From assembly GCA_964016885.1 (NCBI GenBank), contig OZ024740.1, positions 90,272,001-90,336,000 of the forward strand: DNA of 64,000 nucleotides, read 5' to 3'. The position numbers and the translations under genes were made by a program. Source of the stretch: Eledone cirrhosa (Eukaryota). The notes under the pieces are model-generated. The model was not told where the DNA came from. It made no database searches and saw only the letters and a list, made by a program, of their open reading frames with translations. Positions 13,281 to 26,464 of this stretch are shown here, piece after piece (the stretch's first letter is position 1; the number at the start of each line of letters is the position of its first letter).

Positions 13281-14699
13281 TATTTTTAAAATTTACACAA
13301 TAAAAATAAATTATGGTGGTTATTTTTTTTGTTGTTTCTTATAATCATTGACCAAACAAATTCTTGCGATTAATTACGAAATGCGAGGGGATCTACTCCT
13401 GTAAATGTATGAAATCGTGTGGTGGAGGAAGTAAATTTAGATTTAGTGCACGCAATGTACATTTTTCTTTCCTTTTTAGATCCTCGAGAACATTATTTTG
13501 GTTTCATATTAATTGCCAGAATTAAGAGCATCCCGTTTTATAGAAATTCTCGTAAAACGATGATATTAAGTTTAGTTCACTGCGTGGTTTTCCTAGCTAT
13601 TTGATGAAATTAAAAAAAAAATCAAGTTCAATTGTTGTATACGGTTAGCATGATCACGTAGCAATTATTTTAGTTTTAAGAAGATCAAAATAAAACAGCG
13701 GGAGAAATTCATTTTCAATCATGCAACGGGAAAGAAATGAACTATAAAACAATAAACTGCAGAAATTATACTTGAGAAATATACGGAAAAAATAATACAA
13801 ACATAATAAATCTCAACGAATTATACCTATTTAAAAGCAGATTGAGAATCCTTTGGGTTGAAAGTGGTTTTTAGAATTAAGAGTACTAATTGCAGTGTTT
13901 ATCTTTAATAATAGAGGAAATAAATACTGGATTAGGAAAATGTTGAAACACAATGTATCATTATATTGAATTCAAATACATTTGAACTATAAAGAAACTA
14001 TATGAATGCTAAAAAATTCAACATTGCTTTATTAAACAGATTATTTTGTGCTCACACACAACGATGATTCTACCAGCATTAAACCCTAGGGTGTGCGTGG
14101 TAAGTGTGGTGCTGAACTAGCCATCATCAGGTTAGGTAGAAAATGGAAATAACCAAAATAGAGAAAACCTAAAACTTGTACAGATCCAGGTAGATCTAAA
14201 GGATTATATGTGAATCGCTGGCTGTTAATGAGAAGAGGAGCATGTACGCTAATAGTATTGCCTTCGGATCAGAGTACATCCTCAACAAAATGTGGATATT
14301 GAAATGAAGTTTTCGCTTCACTTCTTGAATGCAACGGGGAATGTAGCGGCGAGAGGCAATAGCATACTTTGATGCAGCCAGGTCGTTAAAGCAAACATAC
14401 GTGCAAAGAAGGACGCATGTAGAGAATCGGCTTGGAAATACATATTCTTTGCTGCACTCATAAGTTATTTCAGAGAGCAAATGTGTTTACATTTAAAATA
14501 TGGGAGTATGTGGTTGCTAAATGGGAATCTTAATTTAGGTCTGCAAATAAAATATTCTAGAATAACATCCATCGATTTCGTGTAAAGAATTACATTTCCA
14601 CGCCTGTTATCTTGCATCCTGATGAGAGGAGTGAATACATTTTTGAACTCCTAAATCTGGATGCAAAAATATATTCTGCAAGTCATCTAGTGATGATGA

Positions 14700-16661
14700 C
14701 TAACCCCTTGGGGGGCTTGTCAATTGGAAATTGAAGTGGGCATACAACCTCATACAATGATCCCAAACTAGACTGGCCGATTTGATCTGGGACCTCAAGG
14801 ACAGGAACATCGAATCCTAGATCACATGGTCAGTCAAAAGATGCGTGGCGCAACTCCTCAGTGACAGAAACAACTGCAGGTTATGCCTGGCCAAGGCGGC
14901 AGAGATAATTAACTTAAAATCTGCAATTAACCATAGGTCAGACATAATTATCAATTGAAGACACACCAGGCTGAACACATTTTCTGTACAAACATTCGGC
15001 GGATGGCCGCACACTAACAATGACCCAACAAAATAATAACCACCTTTGCCCCGTCTCACCATCCCTTATCTCAGTGAATTTTGTTATTGCATATAACCAT
15101 TTGTAAGCCCATATTTTGTATATCATGCCGCATATCCCCCCCCCACCAAAAGTCACATCGCCATACACCCCTCATCTTTGTAACATTGTGTTCTATCTCT
15201 CCTCTCTGTCAGGCTTTACATTGTAATCCATAGTAACGTCTGATCCTGTAAATATAATGTCGATCACATCACCCCATCACCACCACCACCACCTCAAACA
15301 TCGCTATATGTCTACCATCCAACACCCGCAACCTTATTCCCCCATGTTCTCTCTGTCTGCCTTAACCTACAACCCCTCGCAAAATTCGATCCTGTAAATG
15401 TACTGTCGCACACACGACCACCGCCACCACTAGATACATCTCCATACTTCAATAATCATTAACATCATTAACATCACCAACACATATCATCCCTCACTTC
15501 CAGAACGACTGTGTTATATCTGCCATCTCTGTCAGCTTTACTCTGTAACCCACCGTAACAACTGATCATGTACATATATATATTGTTGAACATATCACCC
15601 CATCATCACCACGCTGAACACACACATCGCTATATGTCCACACACTTTTTTCCCCGAGTTCCCTATATCATTTTTAACATGTAACCCATCGTATTATTCG
15701 ATCCTGTATATTTATTGTCGCTCACAACTTCACAACCGCCACCACAAGGCACAACTCCATGCCTCAACAATCATTTACATCATTAACATCGCCAACACAT
15801 ACCTTCCCTCCGGAACCAACGCAAGTGTGTGTGTCTGTGTGTAAGTATATTTATATGTACAACGCCATCCGTATTGGCTCTCACCCTCCCTCTATCTATG
15901 TACTACGCCACCCCCACTGACACTCCACACCCTCTCTCTTTATATATATACACACGCACGCATGCATATATGTGTATATTTGTATATAAATATATGTATA
16001 TGTGGGTGTATGTGTACGTATGTATGTGTGTGTATATAAGTGTGAGGTGTATATGTCAGTATATATACGCATGTGCATGTATACAACGTTTTTGTCAGAC
16101 TAAGAGTGTCTAGGTATTATCTCCCCATTGATTTGATACCACCAACACATCCCCCACACCACCCTAAACACCACTAACATAAACAACGACACCACACCCA
16201 CAGCATTCACAATAATCAGCCACAAATATACGCCAAACTGTCTACCGACAATTCACTACCCCCACACCAACGCCCTCCCAGCCAGCTACCGTCACCAACA
16301 TATTATCATCACATCCACCCCCAAACACCACAGGCGCAAACATCCCTATGATCTATTCCACCAATCAAAACAATGAACTTCTGACTTTACCATATGGCAT
16401 GTATTCATTTTCTACTAGCATTTTAAAGGGTTCGTCGAGCTACCGATTATAGAGCCAGGTAAGATCAATACAGATCGAACCTTGAGCTGATCAGTGGCGA
16501 AACGCGCGTCACCTACCAATAAATGAAATGAAGGAGTAACCAATCATCCTTGTTATCCTTTCACTATATTACACTCTGTATAGCTCTACACCTCAACACA
16601 GAAGTGAACCGAAACATCGAGTGCTCACCCGGGTGAACCTGTAGTAACTCCCAGTTACACT

Positions 16662-16665
<4 letters not shown>
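14700..16665 (+). mobile_element. Naiad-like PLE 3' fragment: GIY-YIG C-terminus, long 3' UTR with internal duplication, terminal pLTR-like segment
   Basis: TRLADLIWDLKDRNIES*ITWSVK...CRLCLAKAAEII..INHRSDIIIN*RH at about 14770-14965. HHR 3' half gaaac-gcgc-gtc at 16499-16510, followed by AATAAA. That the whole span is one element is inferred. Confidence 0.65.
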
Positions 16666-16741
<76 letters not shown>

Positions 16742-17149
16742 CTAGTAGAAAATGAATAAATGCTATATGGTAGATTCAAAAGTTCATATATATATATATA
16801 TATATACGTTTTTATATATATATGTAAATCTTTTTTTATGAATTTGTTAATGGTTAATAAGAATGAGCTATTTTAGAAGTATTTCAATTAACAGACAACG
16901 AAAACACAAGTTTTTTATCAGATTATATCTGTTATTAGCCTTGCTGCGTTTCACACTTTTTTGGTAATAAAATGATGATTGATTTTAAATCAGGGATATC
17001 ATTTATGCATTTCAATATTACTCAATGTAAAATGTAATACATGAAAAATTGGAAAACATTATTTTTTGTAATATATCAAATCAAAATTAAATTATTAACT
17101 ATTATTCTTATTTTGTTTCTTGTAAATATTTTTTTTTTTAAATATCAAA

Positions 17150-17431
17150 CCAAAACTTTTGTAAAAAGGCATTATATCTTGTAATTTACCTATGGCTCAA
17201 ATTTCATATAAATCGAAGGGAAAACATTTTCAGCGGGGGTTTGTGATTAAAATCAAGTATACTTATCCAAGTACCCTGGGCAATGTAGTTTCAGAATATA
17301 TATGGTTATGGGGGTCTATCTCCAAAGCCATAGGTGTAGTAAGTGAACAAACAAACAAACAAACAAACAGACAGGAATACTACTTTATATATCTAGCAGA
17401 AAAAAACACCCTTCGAGTGGTTTTCTTCTAG
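17150..17431 (+). mobile_element. Possible non-autonomous Helitron-type 3' end
   Basis: (CAAA)n tract, then an imperfect hairpin agaaaaaaacacc-cttcg-agtggttttcttct ending in CTAG (17428-17431). Confidence 0.35.
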
Positions 17432-17480
17432 CGTGTGTAGTGTACATATTGATATTATACGCAAGTATATATACATGTAC

Positions 17481-17821
17481 GATTCACTTCTTTAAAATGT
17501 TCACATATCAACACTTCCGGTTAGCGGTCGCTTAAATAAACAGTCATATATTTCCGTCAATGGATTACGTTACTGCTTACATAAAACAGTGTAACGCAGT
17601 TTCGTTCAATTTCTGTGTATATTGTCAATTACGATTTTATTTGATGTAGATATGATACATCAAATAAAATCGTAATTGACATACACAGACATTGAACGAA
17701 GACTGTGTTACACTGTCTTATGTAATCAGTAACTTAATCCATTGACGGAAATATATGACTGTTTATTTAAGCGATGGCTAACCGGAAGTGTTGACATGTG
17801 AACATTTTAAAGAAGTGAATC
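17481..17821. repeat. 341-bp imperfect palindrome (fold-back / MITE-like)
   Basis: Arms 17481-17648 and 17656-17821 are reverse complements around a 7-nt loop (gatatga), with scattered mismatches and small indels. Confidence 0.92.
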
Positions 17822-18029
17822 TGAAAATAAGCAACAGAATTATTTATAATTAATGAAGAATAACGAAATTTGGTAGATACATTATGTAATATTCATTCAT
17901 TATTCATTGAAAGTAATCCAACTTATTTTACAAACAGGATAAAAAAAATATATTCTGGACGCTGTCCCGCACTCCTCCCTGTATTATACTTTAGATATGT
18001 TACGATTTTACATTATATTTATATTGTCC

Positions 18030-18127
18030 ATTCTGAGTTCAAATCCAGCATTACGGGGTCGATAAAATAAAGTACCAGTAATGCACTATATAATTACTGG
18101 CCTTGTGCCAACATTAGAAACAATTAT
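18030..18127 (+). mobile_element. SINE fragment, internally deleted
   Basis: B-box gagttcaaatcc plus ggggtcgataaaataaagtaccagtaatgcact and ggccttgtgcc..agaaacaatt. Confidence 0.8.
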
Positions 18128-18699
18128 ATCTATATTGTTCATTATGAAGCAATTATTGCAGATTTTAAATCGGAATGTGTACGGAGTTTAATAAAATAAC
18201 TGAAATTGTTTTTCACCTATACAGCTTCGGGTGCATAGTCAGCGTAAATAAATGCAATATTAAAAAAGTGTACTGTGAAATGGATTTTGTTATATTTTAA
18301 AGTCACTCAGAATGTTAGCAGATAACGTTTTAAAAATAATGAATCGAAGGACGATGTGCAATCTTAAATATATTAATTTGAAAAACAAAAAAAATTACAC
18401 ACTTGTCGAAAAGCTGTTGGCTATGTATATACGCCGTAAATATAATTTCAAATATTATGCGCCCAACTTTAGTTTCTCTGAAATAAATAAATGTTAACGA
18501 ATGTATTCCTATATATATGTCCGTAATATAAGTATAAACAAATCGACAGACAGACACACATACGCACACACACACACACCTATCTATCTATCTATCTAAT
18601 CTTAGATGAACACACGTGGAAAATGCGCTGGTGAGTAAAAGCTTTAATTTCGTTGGAAATTACATGAACTGAACTTACATTTTTACACCATTATGTAGA

Positions 18700-21600
18700 T
18701 AAACTGCCACCCTACACATTGTAGGGGGTAGCAACCCCAAATAATAATCCCATCAGGGCGAAAAAGGGAGAAAGCCAACAACATTCTACTAACATTTTGA
18801 AAATAGCCAAAATGGCTAAATCTCTTGACCTTGTTTTCTCAAAAAATGCATTAGAAAATTGTGGAGATGGGCTGCTAATTAAACCTTCCACTGATAGTAG
18901 CTGGTCAGGGCTGCTCGACTGCTGCTAACTCCAATACAGCCACCACCACCAACAACAACAACAACAACAGTAACAACAGCAACAACAAAAACAACAACAA
19001 CATCAAAACTGCCAGTCAACAATTAGACAGAAGTGGTGGAGAGGCGGTAAGAGTGCCAAGCCTGAGGGCACCTCCTCCTACCACCTCATTGAAAGACGTT
19101 GAAAACGTCGATGTGTTTAAAAAGCACCCTGACAACAACAAGACCAACACCAATAACATGAACACTGTGAATGGCACGAATCAAAACAACAACAACAACA
19201 ATGACAACGATAACAACAACAACAAGATAGACAACAACATCAATTATCATTTGCGCAAACAGTAAAAAAAACCGGAAATTTACACGCAAATCGACATCAT
19301 TAAAGCTAGAGAGTTACTGGAAGATGCAAAACAACACGAGACCTTTGGGGAGATGGTACTGTCAGCATTACTTCCCCCTAACAGTTACGCAGAGAAAATG
19401 TTTTAAGAACATTAGTTTTTAGAACAATATCTAATGCCACAAGTACACCAGTTCAATTAACTCATAATGAAATTGAGCTGGTGTTAAAAGACTCAATGAA
19501 GGATATTACCTACATACAAAAAGGTAAACTTTTTGGCAGCATTTTGGTCCTCATGAAATTGACGGCACAAAAATATTCTGTCGCCAAGTGTGTCCCCCCT
19601 TTTCACCTTTTTCCCCTCATACATAGGAAAAAGGACACAGAAAATAAGAGTGTCGTGCATCCAACCAAACGTAAATATTTGGTGGATTTTATGTGGCTTC
19701 ATCAACTTCGATGAAGACACATTAATATCAATAGGAAAGTCCCCCATGGGCATATTCAGTGGTACTAGCCTGGAAGTTCTGGTTCAAATGACGTCAGAAC
19801 GAATAGCTAAAATACCACAACGTATGCCTCTGGTCGGAGTTTAGGTTATAAACATTTCTGTTGAGGGTAGGAGGCCTTCATGTTACCACTATTTATGTAG
19901 TGGTCACCTGAAGGCTTCCTGTCCTCAATTAACTACCCTGAAAATAAAGCATGTTGCCAAAACCTGGAACAACAGCACAACCAATACCACCGTCCCCACC
20001 ACCACAACAACAACACACAAAAATGACCAAAACAAACACAGTCCCACCCAACCCCTCCCCACCTAAATCAACTCTAAAAACACCCACATGTGTAACAGCT
20101 CCCCAAAACGTACCCCTCCCCAATCACACAGACGTCACAACGGACAAGGCCCCCTCACTAGGTGATGAGGGATAACCACTCCGCGCCAAAAGAAAGAAAA
20201 AAAGACATAACACGAACAAAAAGCCAACAAATACACAACCACCAACACAAACATCTAAAACAAAAATCCCCCCTCCTGAAAACAAAACAACGACAACACT
20301 CCAGACACAAACACCTACAACAAAAGAAAACACACAAGAACAACAAACAAAAGCCAACACATAACAACAAGAACATTACACATACACATATATAAACACT
20401 GAAAATAAAACTCTAATGGAGGTTATCTCCAACAACTCTTCGGTGAAAACCAAAGGGAGACCTTGTTCGTACTGTCTGGCAAGGCCTACTTTAAAAATGA
20501 TTAGGGTCTCCGTGGACACATACACATTCTTTAAAAGAACATTTTCCTAAGGACGTGGGTAATTCCTGCGTGAAACACTATAACCGCGTCCTTTTGAAAT
20601 GTTTCTCCACCCCCACACCTACACCCCCACCCCACCTGACACCCCATCCCCACCAAACATCTCCGTCCCCACCCCGCCAGAAACCACATCCCTACCAAAC
20701 AACACCTCCAACACCCCATGGACATTGTGCAACCTGGTCTGCGGGAAGCGAGGAGGTAAGTGAATTATTTCCTCTTCTTTTCTAACTCTTCCTCACCAAC
20801 ATGGCCAATATAAGAGTCGGATGTGTGAATATGCGCGGCCTGGGGATGCCATGGAAACAGGGCAAACGCTTAAACGACTTCAGGCCGCTGGAATGGATGT
20901 GGCAGTCATTTGCGAGTCCATGATCCACATCGAGCGGCAGCTGGCCCCCATATTCGATAACGTTGAGTTCTACGCATCTCTCTGTCAGTCGTGAGGTGGG
21001 GGTGGGGTTGCCATTTTGCTGCGGAAATACCTCGTGACACAGACGCTACATCTGTACACGGAGGGTCGACTGGTGGTCCTAGACGTTAGCAGTGGTGAAG
21101 GTGGAGCCTTCAGACTGGTGGCCGTGTATGCCCCATTAGGAACTTCGCGGCCAGAATTCTTCAAACGTCTGGAGACTTTTTCTGGGAACATCCCGCTCCT
21201 TGCTTTTAGTGGGGGACTGGAATGGAATCCTAGATGCATGTTGGGATTATGTGGGCGCATGCCCCGATAGAGTGGGGTGTAACAGTTAATCGGCCGATTT
21301 CAACTAGGCGATAGATACCGACTAGACTTCCCGACTGCGCCACTGTCGTGGACGAACGGTAGCGAGAAATCTAGATCGTACTTAGATAGGTTTCTAATTA
21401 GAGATAGGGATAGGGACATGTTAAGCTGTCCACACATGTTCATGCTTGCCTATTAAGATCACAAACTAATGACCTGCATAGTAAATCTTGATAGAACCCA
21501 TAGGCATGGACCCAGCTACTGGAAGCTGAACTTGTCATTACCGACATGCAAAGCCTACAGTAGACGGATTAGCACTTTAGTTAAGCAGCAGTTGACGGGG

Positions 21601-24402
21601 GCAATTCTCAACAACAGGTGCTGGGGCTCTCTCAAGTAAGGAATTACCGTTAGATAGGAAGAAGACCGAAAGGGAACTGATAGATAAAGTAGAAGAGGCG
21701 ATTAGGAATGGTAGCGTAGCTAACGTGCTAGCGACAAGAACGGCCTTGGACCAGTTCTTCGACGCAAAGCACGAAGGCTGCGTTGTCAGGAGTAAAAGAC
21801 GTGCTCTAGGAAACGATGGAGCAAAGTTGTTAGCTGGGCCCGAGTGACAGAAGCGAAAAGTGGCACAAGTCCTCGATTCGGTCTTTGAAGAACCAAGATG
21901 GACGCGTGATACTTGTACCGGAGCAGATGTGCGCGGTCTTTCAGCGACACTTTCACAGCTGTTCTGGATGGATGACGCGCCGGGAGGGGCTATGGATTTT
22001 GGTCCATACCTCGACGGCCTGCCGCGAATCTCGGACGGGGAGGCGAAGTTCTGCGAAAGGCCGATTTCGGCCGCTGAGATAGAGGAATCGCTGAGCCAAT
22101 GCAACAAACGCAAATCGCCAGGTCTCGACGGTCTACTCTACGAATGTTACGTAGCAATGCCGGACTAGTTCTCCGGCCTCCTCGAAGCGGTCTACTGCAA
22201 CTGACAGCAGAACGGGAGAATACCCAGTTGTGTGACCACGAGCGTAGTCACGTTAGTCAAGAAGGACGAGAACAATGAGGATGACATTAATAACTTCAGG
22301 CCCATAACTCTGCTAAACACAGAGTTACAGATTTTGGACAAGGTGTTAGCAAAGAGGCTGGCACTTGTCGTCGAAAACCTGGTGTGGGAGAAGCACAGAC
22401 ATGCCCAATCCCGACCAGATCCATACGCGACAACCTCTACTTCATGTGATACATCGTAGAGACGGTAGGGTGTGAACTCGGCTTCGGTGGGGCACTGATA
22501 AAATTGGATCAGTCTACGGTATTCGATAGAGTCGACCATCGTTACCTGGATGCGGTGCTCGCGGCGCAGGCTTCGGTCCCGTGTTCAGAGGCTGGATTGC
22601 TGCCATGCGCAGCAGCAACATCTGCTCAAGGGTCAAGGTGAATGGCTACCTCTCGGAGCCGTTCCAAATCGCGCGATCCATCCGATTGGGATGCCCTTCT
22701 CCTCCCTTCTGTACGTACTGACTCTTGAGCCACTACACGGAAGTTGGAGCTACTGAAGGGCATCCCGTTGGAACCGGGACTGCGAAGATCGGTGTTGGCC
22801 TACGCCGTCGACTTGGCAGTAATGGCATCCAGCACCTCGCAAATCAGAGGGGTCGGCAACTTACAGAAGGAATACGAAAGGTTCAGAGGAGCGAAGCTGA
22901 ACCGGGATAAGTCCGTCAGTTTGCAACTCGCATCGTGGAGAGGCAATCCGATGCTTCCGACGGCGTCGTCGGACGCTGGACTTAAGTACCGGTGAAGCTG
23001 CTCGGAGTCTGGTTCGGACCGGACATCCTGGTGGAGAAAAATTGGGACGAGGTGACGGCCAAGGTGTTTGTGCTCGCCCAGAATTAGGCCGAGTGCAAAC
23101 TATCCCTGAAAGGTCGAGTGGATGTGACGAACACTTCCCTAGGATCCGCCATCTACTATCGTTTGACCGTGGTACCTTGTCCAGGTAAAACGCTCGCCAG
23201 AATGGAGCGCGCGCTCTTCTAATTCCTTTGGAAGTAGCGGGCTCCTTTGGTGATAAGATCCATCTACTGTCAACACCCTTCAAACGGAGGGTTGGGATGC
23301 CGTGGCTGACGATGCGCAAACACGCACTCAGAGTGCGGCACCTCCACGTATTCTTCACCAAAGAACTGGTGTGGGCTCCGTTCGTGAGGCGCGCCTTCCC
23401 GCGACTCGTGTCGCTGACGGAGCTGCAGTCCTGGGTCAAGCAAAGAGCAAGGAAATGTGCGACTGGCACATCGAATGTGCTCAGGCGCTCACAACCCCCT
23501 GGCAAGTGGACCCGGTGATCAGTGGTGACTCCGCCTCGTTATTCTATTGAGGTTGGTGCGCAGCAAGTGCGACGACATGCTCGGGGAAACTCTAGACGTA
23601 GAGGAAGACGAACTGGCCAGTTTGTTCGGTAGGACATTCCGCTCTGGACCGATGGACAACTACCAAAAGTCCCTGGCCTGGCAGTGCTACCGAGGAGCTC
23701 TACCCGTTCGAGACAAGCTCTACAGACAGGGACGCTCGGGCAGGGATCCTTCGAAAAAGATCTGTCCGAGATGCGTGCGAGACGAGGAAACCGTACACTG
23801 CCCGGACGTTACCGACCTGTGGAGCTACACAGAATGGCTATTGTCGCTGGTGAGACAAATCCGGTTGACCACCGAGTCCATCTTCACGATCAAACCGCCA
23901 CCCTCCTTCAGAACCGAAGGAGAGGCGGTTTTCTTCTGTGTAATGGCTATGGTGAAAGAGGTTATATGGTGGACGAGGCTGAAAGGGCTGAGGTCAGGCA
24001 CCTTTCTCTCCGGCGAACAACTGGTTCGCTTCTTCAAATATCACTTTTGAAGAAGAATCAGAGTAGAGAGAGAGAGGTGCTGCACCCAAGCACATTTTAC
24101 GAAAGGTGGGTGAAAGTGGCAGAATGGCCCGAGTGGTTGGGCCTTCTCTCTATGTAAACCTGTAGGTTGAGGAAAAAGAGGAAAAGAGGAAAGGAGCGCT
24201 CGCTCTTCCTGCTCCTGGACATGAGGGTTGTACACTTGTTCGGGGTATGTACAACCCATGTGTAACGCCTCCCCCTATTGGGGATTTCAATTGTTATTTG
24301 TTATTTATTTACTAGTTCTGTTTTTATACGTTTGTATGTAAACTCCCCACTTTGTATTTGTATTTGTCCCCATCTTTTGTGCTCCTGTGGCAAATAAAGA
24401 AA
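18700..24402 (+). mobile_element. Near full-length Tx1/L1-clade LINE (ORF1 + ORF2), inactivated
   Basis: ORF1 remnant with degenerate zinc knuckle VEGRRPSCYHYLCSGHLKASC (about 19860-19922). ORF2 from ATG 20801 MANIRVGCVNMRGL, then RLVAVYAP, SYLDRF, SYWKLN, KSPGLDGL, NFRPITLLNTE, LDQSTVFDRVDH and C-terminal CPRC..ETVH. AATAAA at about 24393. The 5' boundary is approximate. Confidence 0.92.
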
Positions 24403-24420
24403 TCTCTCGGTCTCTCTCTC

Positions 24421-24495
<75 letters not shown>

Positions 24496-24521
24496 CTCTC
24501 TCTCTATCTCTCTCTCTCTCC

Positions 24522-24574
<53 letters not shown>
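24403..24574. repeat. (TC)n + (TA)n microsatellite
   Basis: Visible runs directly after the LINE 3' end. Confidence 0.95.
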
Positions 24575-24577
<3 letters not shown>

Positions 24578-24819
24578 TCAGCAAGAATCGCATATCGGCG
24601 GGTAGCAAAATCGAAACGTAACGCAAATTCCGAGTCACGTTGGCAAGCGCTCCATGGGCTTAAAAAGACCAGAGCAATAAACATAGGTTATAAAGGCCAT
24701 GCAAACTGAGTAGTCGGTCAAGAAGCCATTAACAACCTAAGCCAAAAAACAAGTCAAGCTAAAGAGGTCATAAAAAATAAATGACATAATCATATATAAA
24801 TATGCATAACAAACCTGGA

Positions 24820-25097
24820 CGCTATGCTCTGTAAGAGCATGGAGTGTTCAACCCGCATACCTGGTAGCTAAGACGCTTCCATAGGCGGTATGACGGTTGA
24901 TCATTCTATGCTCTTACAGAGCAGAGTATGATATAATAGAAAACGAAAAATCAGTTGTGCATCTGAACTCAAGTGAGATTATGCTCCGAAATCATTAGAC
25001 GTGTCCGTCGAATCTGCGGGTCCAGAATGATCGCATCTCGGGCTGTCCGCCGGCGAAACAATTGTAACACACAACACATTGAGTTCAGATGCATCAC
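24820..25097. repeat. Rearranged copy of the pLTR-like family seen at 60867-61283
   Basis: 24860-24975 is a reverse complement of 61170-61280. 24975-25097 matches 61044-61189 with a deletion and includes ggcgaaacaattgtaacac. Confidence 0.8.
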
Positions 25098-25223
25098 ATA
25101 TATATATATAGGGGACAGGTCCGTTAGAACTGCACGCTTTTAACTCGTCTGGAGTGTGTGTTAAGTTTTTGTTTGTTTATTTCGGCTTTTTCCTGTACTT
25201 ATTTCATTCCATCATTTGGATAA

Positions 25224-25414
25224 GGGCGGTGGATTGGCAGTATCGGTAGAGGGTCGGACGCCATGCTTTCCAGCATAGTTACGTCCCTTTACGATCTGAG
25301 TTCAAATCCTGCCGAGGTTGATTCTGCCTTTCATCCTTACGGGGTCGATAAGATAAAGTACCAGTAATGCACTGGCTAATTTTCTGGCCTTGTGCCTAAA
25401 GTAGAAACAATTAT
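25224..25414 (+). mobile_element. tRNA-derived SINE, full length, 12-bp TSD
   Basis: A-box-like tggcagtatcgg and B-box gttcaaatcc. TSD atttggataagg at 25214-25225 and 25413-25424. Confidence 0.92.
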
Positions 25415-26025
25415 TTGGATAAGGAATCTCCCCAGATCTCCAGAATGGAATTCTGTCACTGCTGCAACGGGTAAAGTACTTTTATGCATACTGATTTTTT
25501 TTCCAAACTGAATAATATTCCTTCATGCATGTGCTTTGTTTTAAATATCGTGAAAAGAAAGACGAGAAAACACATATTAATTCTCCCTTAATGTCTATAA
25601 CGTCCCTTCCCACACTTAAAAAGAAAAGAACAAACATCTATAATTAGACTGACTTATGAACAACAGCAACAGCAATAGTACTAAAAAGGTTAAACAACAT
25701 GCTGCACGTATAAATACAGAAGAAAAAAAACAGTACTAGATAAGGAAAGTTATCCACATATTTTTTGACTCGTACATACCGCATCACATACACTGACGTA
25801 CGCTTAAAGGAATATCTATATTAGATTCTCTCAATTGTACTGTATCTGATCTTGTAATTACCTCAAAAGCACATTTAAATGATAATTAAATTCACTGAAG
25901 TTATTTTATTGTATTTCGCTCTATTATATTTCAATCTACATGTGTATTAACAGCAATATGACTGCTGTGTCCAGCACGGCGTGCCGCCACATACTTGGAT
26001 AGTGCATTTGCTATATATACATATA

Positions 26026-26265
26026 TATATATTGAAAGGATAACAAGGACGATTGATTACTTCTTCATTGCATTTTTTATAGCTGATCAGTGGCGAAACG
26101 CGCTTCACCTATCAATAAATGCAATGAAGGAGTAATCAATCGTCCTTGTTATCCTTTCAATATATTACACTCTGTATAGCTCTACACCTCAACACAGAAG
26201 TGAACCTAAACATCGAGTGCTCTCCGGGGTGAACCTGCAGTAACTCCAAGTTACACACCCTGGAT
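26026..26265 (+). repeat. PLE-type terminal fragment (family of 16485-16665 and 44355-44468) with 5' fold-back
   Basis: Shares agctgatcagtggcgaaacgcgc...tatattacactctgtatagctctacacctc...gttacac. 26026-26075 is the inverse of 26117-26165. Confidence 0.8.
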
Positions 26266-26270
26266 ATATT

Positions 26271-26372
<102 letters not shown>

Positions 26373-26425
26373 GTGTGGGTGTGTGCGGTGTGGTTGTGTG
26401 CGTATATATATGTGTGTATACATAG

Positions 26426-26428
<3 letters not shown>

Positions 26429-26464
<36 letters not shown>

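Noticed and set aside
10620-14190. Possible host exons in the AT-rich unique stretch (several polypyrimidine-AG sites)
   Set aside because: No ORF with recognisable protein similarity or consistent exon chain; RNA-seq would be needed.
14196-14480. Minus ORF faintly resembling an RT segment (DLA..RRYIP..IQ)
   Set aside because: Similarity is too weak to call by eye and there are no flanking RT motifs.
14612-14667. Hairpin ttgcatcc-tgatgag-aggagt..actcct-aaatct-ggatgcaa as a hammerhead or SECIS
   Set aside because: It has CTGATGA but no GAAA/NUH. The 3' GA of a SECIS quartet is missing, and it lies upstream of the TGA codon.
25224-25414. tRNA gene suggested by A/B boxes
   Set aside because: No cloverleaf. 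It is multi-copy with TSDs and an AT-rich tail, so it is a SINE.
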